From: an uncultured archaeon
GTDB lineage: Archaea > Asgardarchaeota > Lokiarchaeia > Sigyniarchaeales > SOKP01
Assembly: GCA_964493715.1 (NCBI GenBank)
Contig: CAZBPC010000001.1
Coordinates: 87,032-151,031, forward strand
DNA length: 64,000 nucleotides
Direction: 5' to 3'
Part shown: positions 1-8,963 of the stretch, one piece after another
Layout: each line of letters begins with the position of its first letter
Numbering within the stretch: position 1 is the stretch's first letter
Program-made: the position numbers and the translations under genes
The notes under the pieces: model-generated
Databases searched by the model: none
The model's input: the letters and a program-made list of their open reading frames with translations, nothing else
What the model was told of the DNA's origin: nothing

Positions 1-2057
1 AATTAGCGCGGGAAGCTGCAAAAAATAAATTAATAACAGGATATCGGTTAGAACTTTGTCGCAGAACCTTGAAGAAAAATATTGGAAAAGAAATATGTCC
101 CGAATGTTTCCTTGAATTATTGAAAAGAGCTCATATTACGAATTTTTCTACAGTTATGGAGTCATTTAATATTCCCGCAAAACAACTAATTAAATTGATT
201 AACCAATACATTAATGAAGAAAGAATTTATGGAATTATTGAACAGAAAACTCAGATGTTTTATTATATTTCGGAAGAGATTCGAGAACAAGTTTTATCCA
301 AAATCCAAGATGACGGAAAGATTAATATTAAAGATTTAGGACTTATGTTAGACATGAATTCTGATATTGTAATGAAGGTTATCTATAAAATTATTAATCA
401 ATATCAGATCAGGGGCTCTTTTTCAGAAGATAAAAGCTTTTATTATACCCAGAAATATATATTGGATAATTTAATAAAAGAAATAAAAGAAAAAGGGAGA
501 ATCTCACTATCAGACCTTGCTAAGTTGTTTGGAATTCCAAAGGAATTAACCAAATCATTTTGCGTAAATATAATGAGGACTGGGGCTATCAATTCTTTTT
601 TTGCCGCAAGAGGAAATGAAATTATCACTGCTGGACAGATTTATACTGAAATTAAGGCTTTTTCAAAAGAAGAGGGATTATTTGAATTATCCAAATTAGC
701 TGAGAAGCTAAAAATTGCTGTCGAATTAGCCAGAAAGAGCTTACATGAATTGATAAAATCAGGATCAATAAAAGGGATCTTTACACAAAGAAGGGAGTTC
801 ATGACCAGAAGATATCTTGAAGGAAAAATAAAAGAACTCGCAAGAGCATATAGAACGATGCCTTTGAGAGAATTATCAAACAGATTGGGCGTAACTGAAT
901 CAAGCATTGAAGAGAATTTAGCTCAATTAATCGGTAGAGGAGATATAGATGGCTATATTGACTTACATCAACGATTATTTGTTGCTTATAGTGTTCCTAG
1001 AACTAGTGGTGGTGAAGCAACCCCTAAAAAACAAGAAGATATTGAACCAATAGATGAAGGTAAGATTGAAGTCGTAAGAGATTATGATTTTGAGGGGGGT
1101 CAAGTTCACATGAAAGTAGCAATTCGCAATAAAAGTAACATGGCGATTAACAATGTCAAAGTAATATTAGACGCTCCTTCTAGCTTCAAAATGAAACAAC
1201 CTCTATTTAGCATACCTGTTATAGAAAGTAAGTCAAGTAGAGGTGTTGATTTTTATCTAGAACCTAAAACATGTGGATCCTCAAACGTTGGGGGTACTGT
1301 AATATATAAAGATGCGACTGGTAAAAAACATACTATTAATATTAAAAAAAAAGAAGTTCAAATCAAATGTCCATTAGTTTGCACGAATTTATCTAACATT
1401 GAAGATTGTCAGGTAGCAATACAAACACTTCCAAATGATGCTCGTGCGTTTTTAATCGCCGATCTAGATCCTCGATTAACTTTTAGAGCTGCGATAAGAA
1501 CTTTAAAACATTTTGAAACTAGCACAGTAACCTCTCATGAGGGTAATGATACTGCTGGTAAATACGAGGCTGAAGCATGGTTCTGTGCAGAGGCTAAAAT
1601 AACAGGTGGCCGAATTATTACACGCGTCTACGTTTCAGAAAGTAGTCAATCTCTTGAAGTCCGTGTATGGTGTGGAAATGCTGGACAATTAACAGGATTT
1701 TTAGCGAGAATAATTGAACTCCTGTTTGAAGAGATTAACATAATCAGAAAAATCAAAAGTGAAGAGAGAGAGAAGACAATTGATGTTATGGCAATAACTC
1801 AAAATTTAGCAGAAATAAGTGATTATTGTATGTTACGTTGGAAAGCACAGAATATAAGAAATAAATTACACGACACTTTCGTCCGTTTACGTAAATTATT
1901 AGGAGACAACGAGGCAATTCTTGGTAGAATTGAATTTTGGCTTACTCAGTTAAATAAGTATGGAAAAGATGATAAAATCAGCGATGATGACGCAGATCGA
2001 TTAGTACAAGATGTGGAGAAATTCAGAGGGGTCATCGCTCGGTCAATAAAATTATAA
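1..2057 (+). CDS. Hypothetical protein with about five tandem winged-helix (PCI-WH-like) repeats followed by a beta-rich and a helical C-terminal domain; 5' end probably lies upstream of the window
   Basis: The listed ORF 69..2057 starts at a TTG, but the same frame stays open back to nt 3 (LAREAAKNKLITGYRLELCRRTLKKNIGKEICPECF; Cys pairs suggest a zinc ribbon). Repeated about 55-aa units, e.g. ISLSDLAKLFGIPKELTKSFCVNIMRTGAINSFF, FELSKLAEKLKIAVELARKSLHELIKSGSIKGIF, MPLRELSNRLGVTESSIEENLAQLIGRGDIDGYID. Confidence 0.55.
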   Translation, partial: LAREAAKNKLITGYRLELCRRTLKKNIGKEICPECFLELLKRAHITNFSTVMESFNIPAKQLIKLINQYINEERIYGIIEQKTQMFYYISEEIREQVLSKIQDDGKINIKDLGLMLDMNSDIVMKVIYKIINQYQIRGSFSEDKSFYYTQKYILDNLIKEIKEKGRISLSDLAKLFGIPKELTKSFCVNIMRTGAINSFFAARGNEIITAGQIYTEIKAFSKEEGLFELSKLAEKLKIAVELARKSLHELIKSGSIKGIFTQRREFMTRRYLEGKIKELARAYRTMPLRELSNRLGVTESSIEENLAQLIGRGDIDGYIDLHQRLFVAYSVPRTSGGEATPKKQEDIEPIDEGKIEVVRDYDFEGGQVHMKVAIRNKSNMAINNVKVILDAPSSFKMKQPLFSIPVIESKSSRGVDFYLEPKTCGSSNVGGTVIYKDATGKKHTINIKKKEVQIKCPLVCTNLSNIEDCQVAIQTLPNDARAFLIADLDPRLTFRAAIRTLKHFETSTVTSHEGNDTAGKYEAEAWFCAEAKITGGRIITRVYVSESSQSLEVRVWCGNAGQLTGFLARIIELLFEEINIIRKIKSEEREKTIDVMAITQNLAEISDYCMLRWKAQNIRNKLHDTFVRLRKLLGDNEAILGRIEFWLTQLNKYGKDDKISDDDADRLVQDVEKFRGVIARSIKL

Positions 2058-2142
2058 AAATAACCAGTTTTTTTATAATTAATAGGTATAAATATATAGT
2101 AAGTCTAATATTATTAAACTAATAGTTAAAAAACGGTTTATC

Positions 2143-2550
2143 ATGCCAATAGTATCGTTTTCTATAAATGAAAATCTCCGAGAGTTTATTAATAAGTTGG
2201 TCTCACGAAATCAATATGAGAATAAATCAAAGTTGATAAGAGACGCCCTTTTGAGATTAATGTCAAGCATGGATGTAGCAAGCATTGAATCCTTTAGTAA
2301 TTTAGCCCCATTGGGTAAATCGATTATTGGGAATCTCATTATTGTAATGCCACATGATTCAATAAAAAAAATGAATAAGATAGAAATAGAATTTCAAGAG
2401 TATATTATAAGCAAAAATCAACATTTTCAAGGAGATAACGCGATAATTTTCATGATAATCGAGACGAGTATAGAAATATTTCAAAGATTTGTTGTGGAAA
2501 TAAATGGAATTGAGGAAATCTCTAATTTTCGATACATGATTATGAACTAA
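2143..2550 (+). CDS. Ribbon-helix-helix (CopG/NikR-like) transcriptional regulator
   Basis: N-terminus IVSFSINENLREFINKLV...SKLIRDALLRLM fits the RHH beta-strand plus two helices. The about 80-aa C-terminal domain has a NikR-like (ACT-like) layout but lacks most Ni-binding His residues. Confidence 0.6.
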   Translation: MPIVSFSINENLREFINKLVSRNQYENKSKLIRDALLRLMSSMDVASIESFSNLAPLGKSIIGNLIIVMPHDSIKKMNKIEIEFQEYIISKNQHFQGDNAIIFMIIETSIEIFQRFVVEINGIEEISNFRYMIMN

Positions 2551-2655
2551 TTTTCATTATCTCGTTTCTTATTTAAAAACGAAGTCAACTTTAAAATAAG
2601 TGTTACTTTTTATCATATATTTAAGTGTATCAAACTTGAATATTGGAAATGAAAC

Positions 2656-3795
2656 ATGGCTGTAGATCAAACATATATTAAAGATGTCCCTCAAGATGTA
2701 TATCGTAAATTGCAGCAGCATCTTGATACTTTACCTATTGGATATCCACCAACCGAATCGGGAACCGATTTAAAAATTTTGAAATTTATATTCTCACCTG
2801 AAGAAGCACTAATTGGAATTAACTTGAGATTGATTCCTGAGCCATTAAAGACGATTCATAGGCGAATGAAAAAATATGGTATAACTCTAGAGCAACTTGA
2901 GAATGCTTTGAAAAATATGTACAAAAATGGAGCAATTAATGTTAAGAAAGTTGAAGGCGAAAAAGGAGAAGAGATTTATTATCAAAATGCTTTCTTAGCT
3001 GTTGGTATGTATGAATATCAATTGCATCGCATGGATGCGGAGTTTTATGAGACATTTGAGCAATATATGGATGAAGTATTTAGAGATGAGGTGGCGAGTA
3101 CAAAAATCAATCAATTACGGACTATTCCCGTGGAACAAAGCATAACTCCAGAACATAATGTTGCAACTTTTGATGAATTAAAGAATCTCATTGAAAATGC
3201 AGAGAGAATAGCTGTACAAGATTGTGTATGTCGACAAGGGAAAGACCTCATAGGAAAACCTTGTAAACAATCAGATTTGAGAGAGGTATGCTTTGTGTTA
3301 GATAGTTCTGTTCAACATATTTTAGATAACGAAAAGGGGCGGGAGATAACAAAACAAGAAGCATATGATATTTTCGAGAAAGTACAACAAGCTGGATTGA
3401 TTATTCAACCTGGAAATGCCATTAAACCAAATTTTATTTGTTGTTGTTGCGGTGATTGTTGCGATATGATAACGAACATAAAAAAATTAGATAGACCCGC
3501 TGATATGATGCATAGCAATTTTTATGCGGAAGTTGATGGGGAATCTTGTATCGGTTGTGGTACTTGTGAACAACGTTGCCAACTCGACGCTATTTCATTA
3601 GAAGATGGTGGTGCTATAGTGAGTAAAGAATTATGCATAGGTTGCGGTAATTGTACAACTACTTGTCCTGAAGGAGCTATAACGTTAAAAAGAAAGGAGA
3701 AAGAATTTATTCCAGTAAATTCAAGTACAGAGCTCTATTTAAAAATCATGCATAAAAAAGCCGAACTGCGCCGAAAAGAGAAAGGATTGGAATAA
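2656..3795 (+). CDS. 4Fe-4S dicluster domain protein (Cys-rich Fe-S oxidoreductase component)
   Basis: Two ferredoxin motifs, CIGCGTCEQRC and CIGCGNCTTTCP, plus an upstream Cys cluster CCCCGDCC and CVCRQG...C. Confidence 0.75.
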   Translation: MAVDQTYIKDVPQDVYRKLQQHLDTLPIGYPPTESGTDLKILKFIFSPEEALIGINLRLIPEPLKTIHRRMKKYGITLEQLENALKNMYKNGAINVKKVEGEKGEEIYYQNAFLAVGMYEYQLHRMDAEFYETFEQYMDEVFRDEVASTKINQLRTIPVEQSITPEHNVATFDELKNLIENAERIAVQDCVCRQGKDLIGKPCKQSDLREVCFVLDSSVQHILDNEKGREITKQEAYDIFEKVQQAGLIIQPGNAIKPNFICCCCGDCCDMITNIKKLDRPADMMHSNFYAEVDGESCIGCGTCEQRCQLDAISLEDGGAIVSKELCIGCGNCTTTCPEGAITLKRKEKEFIPVNSSTELYLKIMHKKAELRRKEKGLE

Positions 3796-3829
3796 TTTAA
3801 AATATAAAAACAAGAAGTTATGTGATTTT

Positions 3830-4180
3830 ATGGGGAAGAATAAGTATGGTAAAGAAATTCAAAAAAAGAGCACCAGTTCAAGTAATCAAGGAGGTTCTCC
3901 AATTAAAGGGGGAAAAATAATAGCAAGTCATATTTTAGTTGATAAATTTACTAAAGCTCAGGATCTCTATGAAGAAATTTTAGCAGGGGATAAGCTTGAA
4001 GACTTAGCAAGAAAATTTTCAACTTGTCCTAGTAAGAAACGAGGAGGTAATTTAGGAGAGTTTACTAAAAATGACATGGTTCCAGAATTTTGGAATGCCT
4101 GTAAAGACCTAAAAATTGGAGGAATTTCAAAACCTGTTAAAACCAAATATGGATACCATATTATTAAAAGAACTGGATAG
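3830..4180 (+). CDS. Parvulin-type peptidyl-prolyl cis-trans isomerase (PpiC/PinA-like)
   Basis: ASHILV...ARKFSTCPSKKRGGNLGEF...MVPEF...ISKPVKTKYGYHIIKR matches the rotamase (parvulin) signature. Confidence 0.85.
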   Translation: MGKNKYGKEIQKKSTSSSNQGGSPIKGGKIIASHILVDKFTKAQDLYEEILAGDKLEDLARKFSTCPSKKRGGNLGEFTKNDMVPEFWNACKDLKIGGISKPVKTKYGYHIIKRTG

Positions 4181-4201
4181 ATCTTTTAAAGGATGGTTAA
4201 G

Positions 4202-4330
4202 TAGCCCGGCACGGAGTTTCGATTGAATAAGAAATGTCCAATTTTCGAACCGTGGTCTCAGGATCTCCCTAAACCTCAGAATATGAGGGTTTTCAGAGTC
4301 CCAAATGCTTGACCGCTACACTACCGGGCT
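4202..4330 (-). tRNA. tRNA-Gln (anticodon CUG) with two 28-nt introns (37/38 and about 59/60)
   Basis: Reverse complement reads AGCCCGG-TA-GTGT-AGCGGTCAA-GCAT-T-TGGGA-CTCTGA[28 nt]A-TCCTG-AGAC-CACGG-TTCGAA[28 nt]T-CCGTG-CCGGGCT-A. Removing both inserts gives a 73-nt cloverleaf with T-loop TTCGAAT. The AGCCCGG acceptor stem is typical of archaeal tRNA-Gln. Confidence 0.8.
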
Positions 4331-4512
4331 GAAAAATATTGATTGAATTTTTTTTAGACTATCATACCAATTGAAAGAATATCTAAAAATCATCCTTCTT
4401 TAGTACATTCTATAAGAGAGATGTATGACATTAAAATTTTTTTCTATAAATGGGAAATTTTGACGAAAAATTTAGGATAGATTTTTATGCTAAAATGATT
4501 TTATAATTTATT

Positions 4513-4641
4513 GGATTACACAACAATATTCTTGGAGGATATTCCTAATTTTTAAAAAATATTTTCTACTAACCCTATTTTAGGGTTAAACCCCGTGACT
4601 GAAAACCCCGTATTAAAAATTGTATCCTCCTAGTGTAATCC
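4513..4641. ncRNA. Candidate structured RNA or inverted-repeat element (unclassified)
   Basis: Nested long-range complementarity: GGATTACAC (4513-4521) pairs with GTGTAATCC (4633-4641), and GGAGGATA (4534-4541) pairs with TATCCTCC (4623-4630). Inside are the hairpin AACCCTAttttAGGGTT (4571-4587) and a tandem AACCCCGT repeat. Confidence 0.3.
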
Positions 4642-4848
4642 TTTACAATTAATTTATTATTTTTTTGCTAGATTTACTAAATTATAAGTCTAATTTAGAA
4701 TGAGAAATTGCTCCTAGTGGTTTAGTTTAAGTTAATTTAAAAATAATAGATAATAGTGGTGATCAATATTATGCAAACCTTTAAATAAAAAATTAGCATA
4801 AGATCAAAAATAGTTTAAATAATTTTGAAAAAAAAGAGTTAAATTAAA

Positions 4849-6450
4849 ATGCAGAAAAAAACTGTAATGATAATCACCTTGCTTTTAGCTGGTGGTCTAA
4901 TCCCATCTGGTTTAGTAATGAATAATCTCATTAATAATGAAATTGCTCAAGGAGTTCCTGATGCGCTTCTTGGTATAAAAGAAGAAATGATTCCTGAAAT
5001 TAATGAGACGATAAAAATAATGGCGATTCCTGATGTTTTAAGTGGAATTTATGAAGAAGGTTTTCCATTAATTCACTTCTTAGTAAATTGTACTTTTCTT
5101 GCTGGGGCAATGAATGAATTTTATAATCTTCTTGGATTACCTGGCATCACATTAATTTTAAATTTTGCTACACTCAGTGCACTCCTTACTTATATCGGAT
5201 ATCCCCCTGTAAAAGGAGTATCAGAGTATGTTTCCAATGCTACTTATTCGTTAAATTATACTGATGCGGCAAGTGAGGCATTGGCATTTGGCAATGATTC
5301 AATTGGATTACCCGGATTGATGGAAGACGTAGATGTAGGATGGGGTGTTTTAAATTACTTAGATCTCTATGATGAAGCTAGTTTAAATGACACAATAAAG
5401 GAATTCATGATCACCAATTACAATGCAACATGGGGTCAATTGACAAATTTAACGAGCTATATATTAGATTATTTTATTGTAGAAGCAATAAACTTAATTC
5501 TTCTTAGTTCGTTGGCACCTCCAGAATATGTAGGATTAACCACGGTTGATATCGCTGAAATCATGTATTATGACCAATGGGCAAATGCTTCAATGGGACA
5601 ACTCGATCTCGGAGATTTACTTGGTATGCCTTATAGTGTTACCGGTTTTGAAGTGGGATATCCCATTGCTACAAATATTTCTTTTCAAATATGCTTAAAT
5701 CTATATAATAAAACCAATTCATATTCATTTTTGAACATCACTTACAATGGAGATTTACCCTCGTTACAAGAATCTGATGGTTTAGCAATTTGGATCTTAG
5801 CAAATAATACTACGCTTGAAGCTAATTCTTCTAAAAATACTTTGAAAAATCAATTTAACCTAACTGATTTTCAACTTAATTCCATTCTTGCTTGGCTTTG
5901 GGGATATAATACTTCTGTTAAAGAAGATGTTGTTCCAGGATTATTTTTATATGACAGAGGGATGACTCTCACAAGATTTTCAGAAATGCTTTTTTATGCC
6001 CAATGGGCAAATGGAACCCTATATCCTAATGGTTTAACTTTACCAATAGGCATAGGAGTAAATGGATGGGAGGTAGGAGTGCCAATTCCCTCAACAATCT
6101 CATTAAAAGCATCTGAATCATTGTTTGATGAAACTAATGTTTATGCTTTAGTAAGTGAAAGTGGTCTCCAATATTGGTATGGTTTGTTAGACAATCCTGA
6201 CCCTTTAACTTATAATAATTTGAAGACTTTTAATTATTTAAATAACGGTCAAATAAATGCGATTATATCATGGTTACCGACTTTCAGAGATAATATTGTT
6301 CCACTTTTAGCACAATTTCAAGAAGGTTTACCTTTTAACCCCTCTGAACTTTCTTCTTCCTTGCTTTACGGCATGACTATCTCTGGAGGTGTGATGGCGG
6401 TTATTGGAGTAGTAATGTTTATATTAATAAAAAGGAAAGTAAAGGCATAA
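4849..6450 (+). CDS. Membrane-anchored extracellular protein, probably heavily N-glycosylated (hypothetical)
   Basis: N-terminal hydrophobic anchor (VMIITLLLAGGLIPSGLV) and a C-terminal TM plus basic tail (ISGGVMAVIGVVMFILIKRKVKA). More than 15 N-x-S/T sequons. Internal duplication of a YxQWAN module. Confidence 0.6.
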   Translation: MQKKTVMIITLLLAGGLIPSGLVMNNLINNEIAQGVPDALLGIKEEMIPEINETIKIMAIPDVLSGIYEEGFPLIHFLVNCTFLAGAMNEFYNLLGLPGITLILNFATLSALLTYIGYPPVKGVSEYVSNATYSLNYTDAASEALAFGNDSIGLPGLMEDVDVGWGVLNYLDLYDEASLNDTIKEFMITNYNATWGQLTNLTSYILDYFIVEAINLILLSSLAPPEYVGLTTVDIAEIMYYDQWANASMGQLDLGDLLGMPYSVTGFEVGYPIATNISFQICLNLYNKTNSYSFLNITYNGDLPSLQESDGLAIWILANNTTLEANSSKNTLKNQFNLTDFQLNSILAWLWGYNTSVKEDVVPGLFLYDRGMTLTRFSEMLFYAQWANGTLYPNGLTLPIGIGVNGWEVGVPIPSTISLKASESLFDETNVYALVSESGLQYWYGLLDNPDPLTYNNLKTFNYLNNGQINAIISWLPTFRDNIVPLLAQFQEGLPFNPSELSSSLLYGMTISGGVMAVIGVVMFILIKRKVKA

Positions 6451-6503
6451 ACGAATTATTATTCTTTTTTTAATATTTTTTAATTTAAAACAAATTAGAA
6501 CGC

Positions 6504-7706
6504 TTAAGATTGATTTTTCTGAAATCTATAGTAAACTTCTTCAAAATATTTATCTGACATTCCAGCTATATAATCTCTGACAATTAAAGTAAGCTTATTC
6601 TGATCTCGTAAGGGGTGATAGTATGTATTATATTCAGGATCGTCAATATATGCCACATGATCATTAAAAATTGGTGAATCATATATTTCTTCTTCTAAAT
6701 CTTTTAAAGCAGTTTTGAAGATGAGTTGGAACTTCTCTTTTAACTTATCAAGAAATTTTGCTCCATTTCCAATCATCAAATCTCGTCTCGTGTATATGCG
6801 ATCATAATTAAATGCTTTTAATTCACGTAATGCTTCAAATACTTCTTCAGTATATCCGATAGTCATATTTTCTAAACTATAGTTTAATAAATCCATGATC
6901 AAGGATTTCATAATTTCTCGGTTAGTATCCCCTAACACTTTTTTACAAAATTCTGGTATTTCTTCTCTTTTAATGAATTTTAATAAAATTGCATCTTCGA
7001 TATCCCTTCCAATATATGATATCGTGTCAGCAAATCTAACAGTAATACCCTCAAACGTGGTAGGAATTTTCCTGATCTTATTTTTCGTAATAGCGTCTTG
7101 GTATTCTTTATTGTGATCATCCCAAGTTTTACTGTTTATCTTATTAGGTTTTAATTCTCTTTCATAGATTTCTCCGTCGTGACATAAAATACCATCAAGT
7201 ACTTGTAATGTTAAGTTCAATCCTTTTGCAGGTTCTTTTGGAAATCTTTTTTCCAAAAAGGAAAGCCATCGTACACCTTGAGCATTATGATTAAAATTAC
7301 CCATTCGATACTCATTACTAATCTCGTCAAGGATTTGTTCCCCAAGATGACCGAAAGGAGAGTGCCCAATATCATGACCAAGGGCAATTGCTTCAATTAA
7401 ATCAGAATTTAATTTTAAGATTCTCCCGATTTGACGTGATACTCTAGACACTAATAACACGTGGAGAGAACGATGCGTTATATTTGCATTCATTACTCCA
7501 AAGAAGACTTGCGTCTTATCTATATATCTCGCATATGCTTTAGAATGAACAATTCTATCTACATCCCTAAAGAAAGGGGGGCGAATGTCAGATTCATCCT
7601 CTTCTTCATGAGATCTAATCGCCCAAGAATCAGGGATTCCTCGTTTACCTAAATCGGTATTTTTTTGCATGAGATGTTTGAATAATTCTATTCGAGCGGG
7701 ATCCAT
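6504..7706 (-). CDS. HD-domain dNTP triphosphohydrolase (dGTPase/Dgt family)
   Basis: FRDVDRIVHSKAYARYIDKTQVF...THRSLHVLLVSRVSRQIG...ALGHDIGHSPFGHLGE are the typical dGTPase HD motifs. Confidence 0.85.
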   Translation of the reverse strand: MDPARIELFKHLMQKNTDLGKRGIPDSWAIRSHEEEDESDIRPPFFRDVDRIVHSKAYARYIDKTQVFFGVMNANITHRSLHVLLVSRVSRQIGRILKLNSDLIEAIALGHDIGHSPFGHLGEQILDEISNEYRMGNFNHNAQGVRWLSFLEKRFPKEPAKGLNLTLQVLDGILCHDGEIYERELKPNKINSKTWDDHNKEYQDAITKNKIRKIPTTFEGITVRFADTISYIGRDIEDAILLKFIKREEIPEFCKKVLGDTNREIMKSLIMDLLNYSLENMTIGYTEEVFEALRELKAFNYDRIYTRRDLMIGNGAKFLDKLKEKFQLIFKTALKDLEEEIYDSPIFNDHVAYIDDPEYNTYYHPLRDQNKLTLIVRDYIAGMSDKYFEEVYYRFQKNQS

Positions 7707-7782
7707 TAGTCAACCACCATATATGAGGAATCTATTAATAAAACCTGATCTTTCTCATTATATTATAACGATGAGTTCGATA

Positions 7783-8724
7783 TTACACATTACCAAACTT
7801 TATAATAATAGCATCATGAGGACATTTTTCCTTGCAAGTCAAGCATATATTGCATTCACCATTTCCTGTGAAGAATTCAAATGGTTCATCTAAAATTCTA
7901 ATTTGTTTAGGACATACTTTTTCACAAATACCACATTCGGATCTTCCAACACATCTTACAGGATTTCTTGACAGTTTCAAGAATGAATAATCAGCAATTA
8001 CAGCTGATATAGCAGCAAAAGGGCAAAAATACCTGCAATATATTCGCGGATACCAAATAGATAAGATAAGAATCAATAGATAGAAAAGAAAGATGAAAAT
8101 CGCTGCCCAATTACCACTATTGAAAAATGTGGACCAGTTAGTTATAAATTCAATGAAATAAGAGAAGATAAACTCTGACATGGAAAAATAACCGATTGGT
8201 TTATTACCAAACTCACCCAATTGGGTTTTGAATTCTAAGTAAAATAATTGATTCGCATTCTTCGTAAGTCCTAATGGTACTATGAAGATTATTAGAATGA
8301 TTACAATAACATATTTAATATTGAGTAAAGATTTATGGCGTTTCGTTTTGGGTCTTTTCTTTTTTGTTGGTAGTGCTGCGCAAGCATCTTGAATAGTTCC
8401 TATTGGGCATACCCATCCACAAAATGATCTGTTCGTGAAAAGGATAAAAAGAATTAAAATAGAAATGAGTAATAATGGAAAGAATCCATTCCCAATCGAA
8501 AAAAAAATGTATTCAAGAATTCCCGCTCCATGCGAGAGAGGATTTCGAGGACTATTTAGAATTGGAAGTACTTTAATAAGATCCTCAAAACCTTTTAAAT
8601 TTATGCTAAAAATAGTCTCAAGAATTACATAGTTAATTAATAAGAAAGTAGTGATTTGGACTAAGCGTCTTGCTAGAATAATCTTATGATCTTTCAATTG
8701 AATTCTTAATTTCATTGGTACCAC
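7783..8724 (-). CDS. Integral-membrane 4Fe-4S binding protein (NapH/MauN-like polyferredoxin)
   Basis: Multiple TM segments, CGWVCPIGTIQD and CRYFCPFAAIS motifs, and C-terminal ferredoxin motifs CGICEKVCP and CNICLTCKEKCP. Confidence 0.7.
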   Translation of the reverse strand: MVPMKLRIQLKDHKIILARRLVQITTFLLINYVILETIFSINLKGFEDLIKVLPILNSPRNPLSHGAGILEYIFFSIGNGFFPLLLISILILFILFTNRSFCGWVCPIGTIQDACAALPTKKKRPKTKRHKSLLNIKYVIVIILIIFIVPLGLTKNANQLFYLEFKTQLGEFGNKPIGYFSMSEFIFSYFIEFITNWSTFFNSGNWAAIFIFLFYLLILILSIWYPRIYCRYFCPFAAISAVIADYSFLKLSRNPVRCVGRSECGICEKVCPKQIRILDEPFEFFTGNGECNICLTCKEKCPHDAIIIKFGNV

Positions 8725-8963
8725 TTAAAATATTTTAAAATTTAATCTAATATCTTATTCAAATTATTGGTGTTTAAAAAAATTAATTTAAATTAGGAAT
8801 CATCTATGAAGAATAGAATCAATTATGTCAATTTTGGTTAAAATTTAATGTTAGTAAATCTAATAATTCCTAAAACTTTTAATATTAACAGAATTGACAA
8901 TTTTTAAATAGAGGAGTTTTATTGCCCAAAATAAAAGTTTTGATTGTGGAATGAATTAAAAAA

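Noticed and set aside
443-907. Two short minus-strand ORFs (61 and 88 aa) inside the first gene
   Set aside because: They are antisense to a long ORF with repeated winged-helix pattern. They have no motifs and a composition typical of shadow ORFs. The same reasoning applies to the other short listed ORFs nested in or antisense to long genes (6895-7116, 7461-7893, 8435-8632, 9508-9726, 10040-10231, 12013-12207, 12482-13060, 14645-14860, 17645-17836, 18281-19189, 20439-20913, 24472-24708, 26909-27130, 27719-28083, 29373-29639, 30310-30528, 31302-31565, 31686-31940, 32778-33367, 34364-34549, 36274-36516, 39546-40446, 43301-43483, 44876-45184, 45430-45771, 47356-47598, 54932-55150, 56663-56944, 57586-57798, 58526-58717, 59954-60169, 60682-61347, 61725-61919).
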